A stretch of 64,000 nucleotides of DNA from an uncultured Alphaproteobacteria bacterium (GCA_902588745.1 CACIQI010000002.1:137519-201518), one strand, 5' to 3'. Positions 48,258 to 59,637 are shown, numbered from the stretch's first letter. The notes: generated from the letters alone by a model not told the origin. Numbers and translations: made by a program.

Positions 48258-49184
48258 TTATTTATTATTGAAATTTTCTAATTTTTGAATGAAATCTTTA
48301 AGAATAGGATCTCTTTTTATTTCATAGACTATTTTAATTGGGTGCCTATTTTTATCTGAAGCCCATTTCATATCATCTAAAAGAATTGGAGATGGAATTG
48401 TGTTAGTTGGTGCCCAGTCTTCGTTTAAGACATAACCAATAGCTGCCATATCCCAAATTTCTTTTGACCAACCTTTATGGATACTATTGTACTCTTTAAA
48501 TCGCATTGCTAGAAATTTACCGATTTCACCATGAGGTTCGATGTATTTTTCTATTTCTGGAACTGTTGAAGTAAGATGTGAAGTTACTCCTTTACAAGGA
48601 ACCATAACGAGAGAAACACCGCTATCAAATAAAACTTGAGCACCTCCAATATCTTGCTTCAAATTAAATTCCAAATTTTGTGGCCAATAAAGCGCATTAC
48701 CTCCCAACCAAACTACAACAAGTTTTTTTATAATTTCCGGCTCTTTTAATATTGCAGACGTAACATTTGAAATAGCGCCGATAGCTAATACGTATAGAGG
48801 ATCTTCTTCAGAACATTTTAAAGCACTTTCTATGATATTATCTGCTGCAGGCGAATTAATTGGTTTTTTTTCAAAACCTACATATTTTGTTGAGCCTTTA
48901 AAAACAAAATTATTTTTTTTAAAATTTATTTTTTCTAACAATCGGAAGATTTCATCATAACTAAGCTCCATTCCCTTTTTTGGATTATCCGAACGATTAT
49001 TCATTGAAAAAGGAGCTGCATTTATACTTTGCACTTCAATTTTTTCTTTTGAAAACAACATTTGCACTAAAGCAAATTGATCATCAATTTCATTGTAGGT
49101 ATCTGTATCAAGAATTGCTTTAATTTTCCCTTTTTTAAACTTAAGTTGTTTTAATATTTCTGAAAAATTTCTTTCTAAAAGCAT
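48258..49184 (-). CDS. Nucleoside hydrolase (inosine/uridine-preferring, IUNH family)
   Basis: 308 aa. N-terminal ILDTDTYNEIDDQFAL corresponds to the DTDxGxDDxxAL aspartate cluster. Confidence 0.85.
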   Translation of the reverse strand: MLLERNFSEILKQLKFKKGKIKAILDTDTYNEIDDQFALVQMLFSKEKIEVQSINAAPFSMNNRSDNPKKGMELSYDEIFRLLEKINFKKNNFVFKGSTKYVGFEKKPINSPAADNIIESALKCSEEDPLYVLAIGAISNVTSAILKEPEIIKKLVVVWLGGNALYWPQNLEFNLKQDIGGAQVLFDSGVSLVMVPCKGVTSHLTSTVPEIEKYIEPHGEIGKFLAMRFKEYNSIHKGWSKEIWDMAAIGYVLNEDWAPTNTIPSPILLDDMKWASDKNRHPIKIVYEIKRDPILKDFIQKLENFNNK

Positions 49185-49192
49185 ATCTTAAT

Positions 49193-49786
49193 TTACCAAG
49201 AACTATTCGGTTGTGTTAAAAATACCTCTTCTTCATTTGTTGATTTTCTATTTAGTATTTTATTTCTATGCGGATACCTTCCAAATTTTTTAATTGCTAC
49301 GCTATGGTCGTCCCAAGCTTTTTTAATATTAGTATATTCTGAATGATTATTTAAATATTGATCGACTAATTTATGACCAAGTTCATGATCCATAATATCC
49401 TCACTATGAATTAATGGCAGTAATAAAAAATGTATTTTATCAATTTCTAGGCTATCTAAATATCTTTTATTTATTGCTTCTTTAACAATTAAAACACACT
49501 TAGTATCCTGGTCATAAGCTTTTGAATTATTTCTGAAAAAATTTCTTGATAGTTGATCAAGTAATATAATCAAAGCTACACATTCTTCAGCATCATTTCT
49601 CCAATTATCATACTCATTATTAATAGCCTTAATGTAATCATCCATAAAACTACTTTTCAATATATTATCAAATTCATCATCTTTTTTAAACCACTGCTCA
49701 AGTGGAGTTTTGATGAAACAAAATTCTAGAATAGCTTTAGCTCTTTCATTAATCACAGAGCTGTAATATAAATATATATCTTCCAA
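49193..49786 (-). CDS. DUF924 family protein
   Basis: 197 aa with ILEFCF...WFKKDDEFD, LLDQLSRNFFR and RFGRYPHRN, typical of DUF924. The start is uncertain: TTG at 49786 or GTG at 49756. Confidence 0.75.
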   Translation of the reverse strand: MEDIYLYYSSVINERAKAILEFCFIKTPLEQWFKKDDEFDNILKSSFMDDYIKAINNEYDNWRNDAEECVALIILLDQLSRNFFRNNSKAYDQDTKCVLIVKEAINKRYLDSLEIDKIHFLLLPLIHSEDIMDHELGHKLVDQYLNNHSEYTNIKKAWDDHSVAIKKFGRYPHRNKILNRKSTNEEEVFLTQPNSSW

Positions 49787-50458
49787 ATGACATTAAGTAA
49801 TTTAAACAAATCCATTATTCATTGCAGAAAGTGTGAACGCTTAGTTAACTTCCGTGAAAAAATTGCTAAAGAAAAAAGAAAACAATATATTGATCAAAGT
49901 TATTGGGGTAAGCCAATTACTGGTTATGGAGATGAAAAAGCTAAATTATTAATGGTAGGTCTTGCGCCAGCAGCACACGGAGGAAATAGAACAGGTCGAG
50001 TTTTTACAGGGGATAAATCTGCAGATTTTTTATTTTCCTGTTTATATAAAACTGGATTTGCCAACCAACCAGATTCAGTAGATAGAGGTGACGGTTTGGA
50101 ACTCCAAAATATGTACTTAACTACTGCTCTTAAATGTGTACCCCCAGAAGATAAACCTACTTCACAAGAATTGAAAACATGTTTTAATTTTTTTAATCAA
50201 GAAATTGCTTTCTTAAAAAAAGTAAAAGTCATTGTTGCTCTTGGTAAAATTGGTCATGACGCCTGTGTAAATTATTATAAGCAACAATATGCAATACGAA
50301 ATAAAGATTTTATTTTTTCTCATGGATCTATAAATATTTTACCCGATAAGAAAATTTTAGTTGGCAGTTATCATCCAAGCCCACGAAATGTTAACACAGG
50401 AAGAATAGATAAAAGTAAAATGGTAAAACTTTTAAATAGTATTAAAAAATTGCTTTAA
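49787..50458 (+). CDS. Uracil-DNA glycosylase superfamily protein (family 4/5, UdgB-like)
   Basis: 223 aa with N-terminal CRKCERL Fe-S cysteines, GLAPAAHGGNRTGRVFTGD and SYHPSPRN. Confidence 0.85.
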   Translation: MTLSNLNKSIIHCRKCERLVNFREKIAKEKRKQYIDQSYWGKPITGYGDEKAKLLMVGLAPAAHGGNRTGRVFTGDKSADFLFSCLYKTGFANQPDSVDRGDGLELQNMYLTTALKCVPPEDKPTSQELKTCFNFFNQEIAFLKKVKVIVALGKIGHDACVNYYKQQYAIRNKDFIFSHGSINILPDKKILVGSYHPSPRNVNTGRIDKSKMVKLLNSIKKLL

Positions 50459-50464
50459 ACTATA

Positions 50465-51655
50465 ATGAAAAAATTTTTTTTAAATGATCCTAATCTCTTA
50501 GTATACGGATTTGCCATGGTCTTCTTTGCAAGTTTTGGACAGACTTTTTACATTGCATTATTTAACGATGATATTCGAAATCTATATAAAATTACAGATG
50601 GTGAGTTTGGATTAGTTTATGCCATAGCAACGCTTATAAGTTCATTTTTATTTATAAACTTTGCTAAATTAATTGATAAAATTGATCTAAGATTATACTC
50701 CATAAGTATTATTCTTGGTTTAGCTTTCGCTTGCATTGGTTTTTATTTTATTTTCGATAATATTTTTCATCTTTTTTTTATTTTATTTTTATTACGTTTT
50801 TTTGGACAGGGAGCTATGACACATGCCGGTTCAACCTCAATGGCGAGATATTTTTTAACTGATAGAGGTAAAGCAATATCAATTGCAACACTTGGAGGAA
50901 TGTTGGGTATAATGTTTTTACCAAAGATTGTCGTTAATTTGGACTCATACTTTAGTTTTAAAACTCTTTGGTTTTTAACAACTTTGACTCTTTTGATCTT
51001 AATTCCAATAATATACTTTATTCTTCATAATCAAAAAAGCAGGGATGCTTCACTTCAAAAAAATATCGACAATGAGGAAACACATAAAAGTTGGACCATT
51101 ACAGAAATTTTAAAAGACCGAGTTTTTTTTATCTACTTTCCATTAGCTGCATGCTTTCCATTTATTGGTACAGGGTTAATGTTTCATCAGATTTATATTT
51201 TTGATGTTAAAGGGTGGACAATGGAAATGCTAGGGAACGGTTATATATATTTTGGATTATTCTCTATTTTAGGATTATTGATAGGAGGACCCTTAATTGA
51301 TAAGATAAATACAAAGAAAGCAATACCTTTTGTACTATTACCTTTGTTAGTATGTATCACCATTCTTTTTTTCTTTAATAATCATTGGTCATTCGTGCTT
51401 TACATGTCTTTATTTGGATTTAACTTAGGTTTATCAGCACCGTTTATGGGATCACTTTGGGCGGAAATATATGGAGTGAAAAGTATTGGAACTGCCAAAG
51501 CTTTATTGCACGCAGTTGGAGTTTTTGCAAGCGCCTTATCTCCTGTTGTTTTTGGTTATATTATTGATTGGGGTTATGGAATAACAGTTATATTTTTAAT
51601 CAGTTCCACAATGATTGTTGTATCATCAATTTTACCTATAATTTATAAAACATGA
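50465..51655 (+). CDS. MFS transporter
   Basis: 396 aa with about 12 TM segments. Confidence 0.8.
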   Translation: MKKFFLNDPNLLVYGFAMVFFASFGQTFYIALFNDDIRNLYKITDGEFGLVYAIATLISSFLFINFAKLIDKIDLRLYSISIILGLAFACIGFYFIFDNIFHLFFILFLLRFFGQGAMTHAGSTSMARYFLTDRGKAISIATLGGMLGIMFLPKIVVNLDSYFSFKTLWFLTTLTLLILIPIIYFILHNQKSRDASLQKNIDNEETHKSWTITEILKDRVFFIYFPLAACFPFIGTGLMFHQIYIFDVKGWTMEMLGNGYIYFGLFSILGLLIGGPLIDKINTKKAIPFVLLPLLVCITILFFFNNHWSFVLYMSLFGFNLGLSAPFMGSLWAEIYGVKSIGTAKALLHAVGVFASALSPVVFGYIIDWGYGITVIFLISSTMIVVSSILPIIYKT

Positions 51656-51792
51656 ATAAACAAATAATGGAGAGTCTTAATTTTCTTATCAAGGAATATA
51701 AAAGATTAATAAAGAAAAAAGAAGATAAAAATATCAGCAGTGCTGAACTGGAAACTTTAAAACAACTAGAACAGTACTTAGGTAAAAAATAA
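51652..51792 (+). CDS. Candidate 46-aa helical/charged small protein (below the ORF-track cutoff), coupled at both ends
   Basis: Hand-translated as MNKQIMESLNFLIKEYKRLIKKKEDKNISSAELETLKQLEQYLGKK. Its ATG overlaps the MFS stop (ATGA) and its TAA overlaps the zapE ATG (TAATG), so it fills the gap exactly. Confidence 0.4.
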   Translation: MNKQIMESLNFLIKEYKRLIKKKEDKNISSAELETLKQLEQYLGKK

Positions 51793-52826
51793 TGTTTAAT
51801 GTAATTGATCAATACAATAGTTTTGTTGAAAATAATTTTATTAAAAAAAATAGAGATCAAATTGAATTCTTAAAACAAGCAGATAATGTATGGTCATCTT
51901 TTAGTAAAACAAAGTTATTTTTTAAGGATAAAATTTTTGAAGGAATTTATCTTTATGGTCAAGTTGGAACAGGAAAAACATTTTTATTAAATTTATTTTA
52001 TCAAAATACCAAGATTGGAAAAAAAATTCATTTTAATAACTTAATGAATGAAATACATGAACAAGTTAAAAAATCAGAAAATAAAGAACTTTCTATTGAA
52101 AACTATGTAAAGAATTTAAGTCGAGATTACAAAATAATATTTATTGATGAATTACATATTTTTAATATTGTTGACGCATTAATAATAAAAAAAATATTTA
52201 ATTATTTTTCTAAATATAAAATATTTATATTATTGTCGTCAAATTTTCATCCAGATAATTTATATAAAGATGGTTTACAGAGAAATGATTTTTTACCATT
52301 TATTGATTTAATTAAAAAAAATTTTTTTCTCTATGATATTAGTATTAAAACAGATTTTCGCCGACAAACATTAAATCAATCAAAGACATATTTCACACCT
52401 ATAACAACTGAAACGTCAAATGAATTTGAAAAATTATTTAATCGCTTTGTTGATCCTTCCCATTTAACAACTGTAAAAATAAAATCTAAAAGTCGTGAAC
52501 TAGAGTTTGATAAATGCACATCAAATCTAATGATGATAGATTTTGAAAATCTTTGTGAAGTAAATTTTGGTAATGAAGATTACAAAAATATTGCAGACAA
52601 ATTTAGGTTGGTATTTTTAAAAAATGTTCCTGAATTTGATAATCAGAAAAAAGATTCGTGCAGAAGATTTATTGGATTAATTGATATGTTATATGAAAAT
52701 AATTGTTCTATTGTAATTTTAGCATCAAAACCTATAAATTCATTAAATAATATAAATACTCTAGCTGAAGAATTTAAAAGAACCGCTAGTAGATTATATG
52801 AAATGACCATAGTAAAACCAGATTGA
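51792..52826 (+). CDS. zapE: AFG1-family ATPase / cell division protein ZapE
   Basis: 344 aa with Walker A GQVGTGKTFLLN, Walker B IIFIDELHI and the AFG1 N-terminal Y....V......D..Q pattern. Confidence 0.88.
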   Translation: MFNVIDQYNSFVENNFIKKNRDQIEFLKQADNVWSSFSKTKLFFKDKIFEGIYLYGQVGTGKTFLLNLFYQNTKIGKKIHFNNLMNEIHEQVKKSENKELSIENYVKNLSRDYKIIFIDELHIFNIVDALIIKKIFNYFSKYKIFILLSSNFHPDNLYKDGLQRNDFLPFIDLIKKNFFLYDISIKTDFRRQTLNQSKTYFTPITTETSNEFEKLFNRFVDPSHLTTVKIKSKSRELEFDKCTSNLMMIDFENLCEVNFGNEDYKNIADKFRLVFLKNVPEFDNQKKDSCRRFIGLIDMLYENNCSIVILASKPINSLNNINTLAEEFKRTASRLYEMTIVKPD

Positions 52827-53812
52827 TGAAATACATAATCAGATTTTTAGTCAGTACAGTAGTTTTATTAGTAGTAGTTTATTTTACTGCAGGTTTTTAT
52901 GTTGCTTATCAAATTTTAAAAATAGATCCAACTTGTGGATTACACGAAGGATCCCTTCCTAATGCATGGAGTACAACAGTTGATTCACATGAATACTCAA
53001 TTCTTGCACGACAAAAAGTAAGAGAAAATTTTAACTTTAAAGATTATTATTTAGATGAATGGCAAGATGTATACTTTCAATCTCGTGATTCTGACATTAA
53101 GATTAATGGATGGCTGTTTAATTATTTTCCAAATAGACCAATTATAATTGTAACACATGGTATAAGCCCAAATGGTAAATGTAAGTCTGAAGCCAATCTT
53201 ATTGCAAGTTTTTTAGTTAATAAAAAATTTAATGTTCTGACGATAGATTTAAGAAACTACGGCCAAAGTGATACTGTAAGTAGTTATGATGATTTAGGCT
53301 TAAAGTCATATAATGATATTCTTGGTGCATTTGATTTTTTAAAAAAAATTGGTTTCAAGTCTAATAGCATTGGATTACATGGAATATCTCTTGGCGCAAG
53401 CACCTCTATTTTTGCAGCACATGCAGAACCGGAAATACGTGCAGTGTGGGCAGATAGTTCACTTGCTGAATTTAATATGATCTTAAAAGATGAAATAGCA
53501 AGATATGGTCTTACTATAGAATTTGGGCCAGTAGTAAGTTTAGCTGGAAGAATCTTAACTGGAACTGATCCAAGAGAATTATCTCCAGCTAAAAAATTAT
53601 CAAATAAACAATACTATTTTTTTACTCATGGCGATTCTGATACAAGAATCTTAACAAGACACTTTAACTATTTTAAAGATTATACAAATCAAAATAAAAT
53701 TAATGCTGAGTTTTGGTTAGTTGAAAACTCTTATCATGTAGATGCTATGTTTAAATATCCAGAAGTATATTCTAAAAAGATGGAAGATTTTTTTAATAAA
53801 AATTTAAAGTAG
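52823..53812 (+). CDS. Membrane-anchored alpha/beta hydrolase
   Basis: 329 aa with an N-terminal TM segment, the HGISLGAS nucleophile elbow (GxSxG), and later D and H candidates (HGDSDT, SYHVD). Confidence 0.75.
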   Translation: MMKYIIRFLVSTVVLLVVVYFTAGFYVAYQILKIDPTCGLHEGSLPNAWSTTVDSHEYSILARQKVRENFNFKDYYLDEWQDVYFQSRDSDIKINGWLFNYFPNRPIIIVTHGISPNGKCKSEANLIASFLVNKKFNVLTIDLRNYGQSDTVSSYDDLGLKSYNDILGAFDFLKKIGFKSNSIGLHGISLGASTSIFAAHAEPEIRAVWADSSLAEFNMILKDEIARYGLTIEFGPVVSLAGRILTGTDPRELSPAKKLSNKQYYFFTHGDSDTRILTRHFNYFKDYTNQNKINAEFWLVENSYHVDAMFKYPEVYSKKMEDFFNKNLK

Positions 53813-53948
53813 GCCGGACTCTAAAACTAGTTTGTACCTTGGCAGACACCTCTCTAGAATAAGAAACTCAAATAATTATCAAACGGCGGGTAAGATAATT
53901 AAAAATTCTTGGCGTTCCTCCGAAGCTAAGAAACGAGTATTATCCGGC
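53813..53948 (+). ncRNA. Candidate structured RNA / sRNA or sdh leader element (no known family recognised)
   Basis: This is a G+C-enriched island in an otherwise AT-rich 330-nt spacer. A terminal clamp pairs GCCGGA (53813-18) with TCCGGC (53943-48). One 8-bp hairpin spans 53873-53901 with a G-rich loop. A second 8-bp hairpin spans 53906-53932 with the loop GUUCCUCCGAA. A G-U pair favours the + strand. Confidence 0.3.
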
Positions 53949-54142
53949 TTATTAAGAGTAATATCTATCTATTTAAAATTCAAGATTTTTAGTTAAATCT
54001 GGTATTAAATTTGGTCGATTTTCATAAAATTTGCCACTTTTTATCAACATTTTACAAACTTCCATGATAGTAAGAAAAAATAACTAAACCATTAATATTT
54101 TGAAATTTGAAGAAAAATACTTACTTATGAAACATAAGAAAA

Positions 54143-54523
54143 ATGAAAAAAATGACTGATAATAGACCATTATCACCTCACCTATCTATTCACAAAAGAG
54201 TACTTACAGCAGTATTTTCAATTTTTCATAGGATATCAGGAATAGGATTAAGTGTGGGCGCAATATTAATTTCAATTTGGTTTTTATTAATTAGTTTTGG
54301 TCCTGAATTTTATATTTATTTTGAAATTCTTTCTAAAAGTATTTTGTTTAAACTTGTTCTAATGATTTGGACTGTAGGTATTTTTTACCATTTATTTAAT
54401 GGATGTAGAAAATTATATTGGTCATTCGGTATTGGAATGGAATTAGCTCAAGTATATAAATCTGGTTATGCTGTTATATGTTTAACTCTAATTTCTAGTT
54501 TAGTTGTCTGGTATTTTGCATGA
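54143..54523 (+). CDS. sdhC: Succinate dehydrogenase cytochrome b556 subunit
   Basis: 126 aa with the RPLSPHLSIHK motif and 3 TM segments. Confidence 0.9.
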   Translation: MKKMTDNRPLSPHLSIHKRVLTAVFSIFHRISGIGLSVGAILISIWFLLISFGPEFYIYFEILSKSILFKLVLMIWTVGIFYHLFNGCRKLYWSFGIGMELAQVYKSGYAVICLTLISSLVVWYFA

Positions 54524-54849
54524 AAAATTATGCTCTTAAATGGTTAACCCAAAGAATTACTGCTTCAATTTTAATACCTTTGGCGTTTTGGTTTATATAC
54601 TCAGCAATATCATTATCTAAGATGACTTATTCTGAAATAGAAATTTTTTTTCAATCCTATCTTAATGCATCTTTATTTTTTGTTATGATGCAATCTATGC
54701 TTCTGCATTCAAAATTAGGACTGCAAACAATTATTGAAGATTATGTCACATCGAAAAAGACAGCCAAATTTATTAAAGTATCAATTAATTATCTTATTTA
54801 TTTTATCATGATTTTAATTACTGTTAATTTAGTGAGAATGGTGTTTTAG
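54520..54849 (+). CDS. sdhD: Succinate dehydrogenase hydrophobic membrane anchor subunit
   Basis: 109 aa with 3 TM segments. It begins W..QRITA and sits between sdhC and sdhA. Confidence 0.85.
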   Translation: MKNYALKWLTQRITASILIPLAFWFIYSAISLSKMTYSEIEIFFQSYLNASLFFVMMQSMLLHSKLGLQTIIEDYVTSKKTAKFIKVSINYLIYFIMILITVNLVRMVF

Positions 54850-56643
54850 ATGACTAATTCATATAAAATTATTGATCACCATTATGACGTTGTAGTTGTA
54901 GGAGCTGGAGGTTCAGGACTGAGAGCAACGCTTGGATGTGCAGAAGCCGGATTAAAAACAGCCTGTATATCAAAAGTGTTTCCAACAAGAAGTCATACTG
55001 TTGCAGCACAAGGTGGAATTGGAGCAGCTCTTGGTAATATGGGCGAGGATAATTGGAAGTGGCACATGTATGATACAGTTAAGGGTTCAGACTGGCTGGG
55101 AGATCAAGATGCAATTGAATATTTATGTTCTAAAGCCCCTGAAGCAGTAATTGAACTTGAAGAATATGGCATGCCATTTAGTAGAACAGATGATGGCAAG
55201 ATCTATCAAAGACCTTTTGGGGGACACTTAACCAATAATGGCGAGGGAGCTCCTGCTATGAGAGCTTGTGCAGCAGCTGATAGAACGGGACATGCTTTAC
55301 TCCATACACTTTATCAGCAATCACTTAAAAATAATGTAGAATTTTATATTGAATATTTTGTTTTAGATTTAATTTCTGATGATCAAGGTAATTGCATTGG
55401 TGTGGTAACATGGTGCTTAGAAGATGGATCAATCCATCGATTTTTATCTCATCAAACAATTCTAGCTACTGGTGGATATGGAAGAGCTTACTTCTCATCC
55501 ACGAGTGCTCACATTTGTACTGGTGACGGTAGTGCAATGGCTTTAAGACAAAACCTACCTCTTTCTGATATGGAATTTATTCAGTTCCATCCAACAGGAG
55601 TTTACGGCGCAGGAGTGTTAATCACTGAGGGAGCAAGAGGAGAAGGTGGATATTTAACTAATAGTGATGGTGAAAGATTTATGGAAAGATATGCTCCAAA
55701 TGCAAAAGATCTAGCATCAAGGGATGTAGTAAGCCGAGCAATGACTATTGAAATAAGTGAAAATAGAGGTTGTGGAGATAATGCCGATCATGTGCTACTT
55801 CATCTTGAGCACATTGATGCTGATACATTACATAAAAGATTGCCCGGTATTTCAGAAACTGCAAAAATATTTGCCGGAGTTGATCTGACTAAAGATCCAA
55901 TACCAGTTCTTCCAACGGTTCATTATAATATGGGTGGTATACCGACAAATTATAGAACAGAAGTTCTAAGGCCGACAAATGAAAATCCAGATAATGTATG
56001 TGAAGGTTTAATGGCTGTTGGTGAGGCTGCATGTGTTTCTGTACACGGTGCTAATAGATTAGGAACAAATTCACTAATCGATCTTGTGGTTTTTGGCAAA
56101 GCAGCTAGTCTAACATGTAAAGAAAAAGTAAAACCAAATTCTAAAAAAATTGAAATTAGTAAATCAAAAACAGATAATATTATTGAGCGATTTGATAAGA
56201 TTAGAAACAGCAAAGGAAACTCTACAACTGGAGAACTTCGCACTTCCATGCAACATATAATGCAGCAAAAATGTGCAGTATTTAGAACACATGATCTCAT
56301 ATCAAAAGGTATTGAAGAATATTCAAAAGTTGAGAGCTCAATGGATGATATAGATATTAAAGACAAATCATTAATCTTTAATACAGACTTGGTCGAAGCT
56401 TTAGAGTTACACAATTTAATGGCACAATCAAAAGTTACTCTTCATTCTGCGTTAAATCGAACTGAAAGTAGAGGCGCACATGCAAGAGAAGATTATAAAG
56501 AAAGAGATGATAATAATTGGTTGGTTCACTCTTTAGCTTGGTTAAACGATAAGGGAGATGTAAGTATGGGTTCTAGAGGTGTTCATATGAATACTCTAAC
56601 TAATCATGTTCAACCAATACCACCTAAAAGAAGAGTTTACTAA
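54850..56643 (+). CDS. sdhA: Succinate dehydrogenase flavoprotein subunit
   Basis: 597 aa with [27 protein letters not shown] and HGANRLG. Confidence 0.98.
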   Translation: MTNSYKIIDHHYDVVVVGAGGSGLRATLGCAEAGLKTACISKVFPTRSHTVAAQGGIGAALGNMGEDNWKWHMYDTVKGSDWLGDQDAIEYLCSKAPEAVIELEEYGMPFSRTDDGKIYQRPFGGHLTNNGEGAPAMRACAAADRTGHALLHTLYQQSLKNNVEFYIEYFVLDLISDDQGNCIGVVTWCLEDGSIHRFLSHQTILATGGYGRAYFSSTSAHICTGDGSAMALRQNLPLSDMEFIQFHPTGVYGAGVLITEGARGEGGYLTNSDGERFMERYAPNAKDLASRDVVSRAMTIEISENRGCGDNADHVLLHLEHIDADTLHKRLPGISETAKIFAGVDLTKDPIPVLPTVHYNMGGIPTNYRTEVLRPTNENPDNVCEGLMAVGEAACVSVHGANRLGTNSLIDLVVFGKAASLTCKEKVKPNSKKIEISKSKTDNIIERFDKIRNSKGNSTTGELRTSMQHIMQQKCAVFRTHDLISKGIEEYSKVESSMDDIDIKDKSLIFNTDLVEALELHNLMAQSKVTLHSALNRTESRGAHAREDYKERDDNNWLVHSLAWLNDKGDVSMGSRGVHMNTLTNHVQPIPPKRRVY

Positions 56644-57431
56644 TGGCTCAGTTTACACTTCCTGCGAATTCAAAAATAACTAAAGGGAAAACTCACCAAC
56701 TAAAAGAACCTGCAAACGATCCAAAGAAACTTGCAATCTACAGATGGGATCCCGAAGATGATAAAAATCCTAGGATAGATAATTATGAGATAGATCAAGA
56801 AAAGTGTGGCCCAATGGTATTAGACGCACTTATGAAAATAAAAAACGAAATTGATCCAACTCTAACATTTAGAAGATCTTGTAGAGAAGGAGTTTGTGGT
56901 TCCTGTGCTATGAATATTGATGGTGTTAACACATTAGCATGTTTGAAAAGTATGTCTGATGTTAAGAATGAAATAAAAATTTACCCTCTTCCACATATGC
57001 GTGTAGTAAAAGATTTAGTTCCAGATCTTAGTAAGGCTTATGAGCAACTGGCTTCCATTAAACCTTGGTTGCAGCGTGAAAAAACAAATGAAGAAAAAAA
57101 CTCAGGAGACGAAAAAAAACAATCACCAAAAGATAGAGAAAAACTAGATGGTAAATGGGAGTGTGTATTATGTTTCTGCTGCACTACTTCTTGTCCAAGT
57201 TATTGGTGGAATGGAGATGAATATCTAGGACCCGCAGTCCTTTTACAAGCAGCAAGATGGGTAAGTGACTCTAGAGACTCAGAAAGAAAAGAGAGATTAA
57301 AAGCAATAAATGATTCATTAAAACTTTATAGATGTCATTCTATAATGAATTGCACTAGGTCTTGTCCTAAAGGTCTAAATCCAGCTAAAGAAATTGCTGG
57401 ACTTAAAAAGGCTATTGTTACAGAATTGTAA
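56643..57431 (+). CDS. sdhB: Succinate dehydrogenase iron-sulfur subunit
   Basis: 262 aa with [26 protein letters not shown] and [13 protein letters not shown]. Confidence 0.97.
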   Translation: MAQFTLPANSKITKGKTHQLKEPANDPKKLAIYRWDPEDDKNPRIDNYEIDQEKCGPMVLDALMKIKNEIDPTLTFRRSCREGVCGSCAMNIDGVNTLACLKSMSDVKNEIKIYPLPHMRVVKDLVPDLSKAYEQLASIKPWLQREKTNEEKNSGDEKKQSPKDREKLDGKWECVLCFCCTTSCPSYWWNGDEYLGPAVLLQAARWVSDSRDSERKERLKAINDSLKLYRCHSIMNCTRSCPKGLNPAKEIAGLKKAIVTEL

Positions 57432-57449
57432 TTAAAGTATAAAACTTAA

Positions 57450-58412
<963 letters not shown>

Positions 58413-58452
58413 TTGTATTTTTCATCTAATCTAACTATTACCTTTTATCAAA

Positions 58453-59637
58453 ATGAATTTGCATGAATACCAAGCTAAAGATCTACTAAGAAAGTACAAT
58501 CTACCAATACTTGAAGGCAAAAGTTACATTGAAAATGTTGATGATTTAGAAAAAGATTTACAAAATATAAAAGGACCACCTTGGGTTATCAAATCACAGA
58601 TACATGCTGGAGGAAGAGGAGCAGGGAAATTTTTAAAACCATTTAATACAAAAGGTGGAGTACAAATAACAGAATCAATTGATGATGCACAAAAAATTGC
58701 AAAAGGAATGATGGGCAACATATTGATTACAAAACAAACAGGTAATGAAGGAAAGTTAGTAAATAGAATTTATTTAGAAGCTGGATGTGAAATTGATAGG
58801 GAATATTATTTAAGTATTCTTCTTGATAGGAATCAATCAAAATTAATGATGATGGTATCTGATGCTGGCGGTGTAGACATAGAAGATGTAGCTGAGAAAA
58901 CACCAGAAAGAATTCAATATGTTTATTTTGATAACTTAGAAGATTTTACAATTAGTGATAGTCTTCAAAATAAATTAAATTTTTCTATTAATGAGTTTAA
59001 CCAATTTAAAGAAATTGTTTCAAATTTATGTAAGGCCTACGTAGAAATAGATGCTTCTTTAATTGAAATTAATCCTCTTGTTGTGACAAAAGATGAAAAA
59101 CTAATTCTTTTAGATGCTAAAATTAATATTGATGATAATGCTCTGTATAGACAGGCTGACATTGAAAAATTAAAAGACACTTCAGAAGAAAATGATTTGG
59201 AACTTGAAGCTTCTGAAAACGATATGGTTTACATTAAGCTGGATGGAAAAATAGGCTGTATGGTTAATGGAGCTGGACTAGCTATGGCAACTATGGATAT
59301 TATTAAACAATTTGGAATGGAGCCAGCCAATTTTTTAGATTTAGGTGGTACAGCAAATAAAGAAAGAGCCATTAAAGCTTTCAATATCATTCAATCAGAT
59401 AAAAACGTGAAATCAGTCTTCATAAATATTTTTGGAGGAATTATCCATTGTGATATGATTGCTAATGGCATCATTGATGCAATTAAAGAATTAGAATTTA
59501 AACTTCCTGTTGTTATACGTTTTCAAGGAACAAATTCTAAAGAAGGAAGAGATATTATAAATAGTTCATCGTTAGGATTAATTTCAATTGATGATTTTTC
59601 AAATGCAGCTCAGAAAGCTGTGGAGTTATCAGAATAG
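58453..59637 (+). CDS. sucC: Succinyl-CoA synthetase beta subunit
   Basis: 394 aa with [17 protein letters not shown] and NIFGGI..CD. Confidence 0.97.
   Translation: MNLHEYQAKDLLRKYNLPILEGKSYIENVDDLEKDLQNIKGPPWVIKSQIHAGGRGAGKFLKPFNTKGGVQITESIDDAQKIAKGMMGNILITKQTGNEGKLVNRIYLEAGCEIDREYYLSILLDRNQSKLMMMVSDAGGVDIEDVAEKTPERIQYVYFDNLEDFTISDSLQNKLNFSINEFNQFKEIVSNLCKAYVEIDASLIEINPLVVTKDEKLILLDAKINIDDNALYRQADIEKLKDTSEENDLELEASENDMVYIKLDGKIGCMVNGAGLAMATMDIIKQFGMEPANFLDLGGTANKERAIKAFNIIQSDKNVKSVFINIFGGIIHCDMIANGIIDAIKELEFKLPVVIRFQGTNSKEGRDIINSSSLGLISIDDFSNAAQKAVELSE

Noticed and set aside
51636-51860. A 74-aa minus-strand ORF spanning the MFS/zapE junction.
   Set aside because: It overlaps the ends of two well-supported + strand genes in antisense and is Ile/Phe/Leu/Ser-rich. 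The + strand 46-codon ORF with double start/stop coupling explains the spacer better.
53813-53948. I considered whether the G+C-rich element is SRP (4.5S) RNA, 6S RNA, tmRNA or RNase P RNA.
   Set aside because: It lacks the SRP helix-8 core (GGUCC-GGAA-GGAAGCAGCC; only a loose GCCAAGG resemblance on the minus strand). There is no tRNA-like T-arm, CCA or tag ORF for tmRNA. It is far too short for RNase P RNA and lacks GAGGAAAGUCC. It is also too short, and lacks a central-bubble architecture I could see, for 6S RNA. It is kept only as an unclassified candidate.
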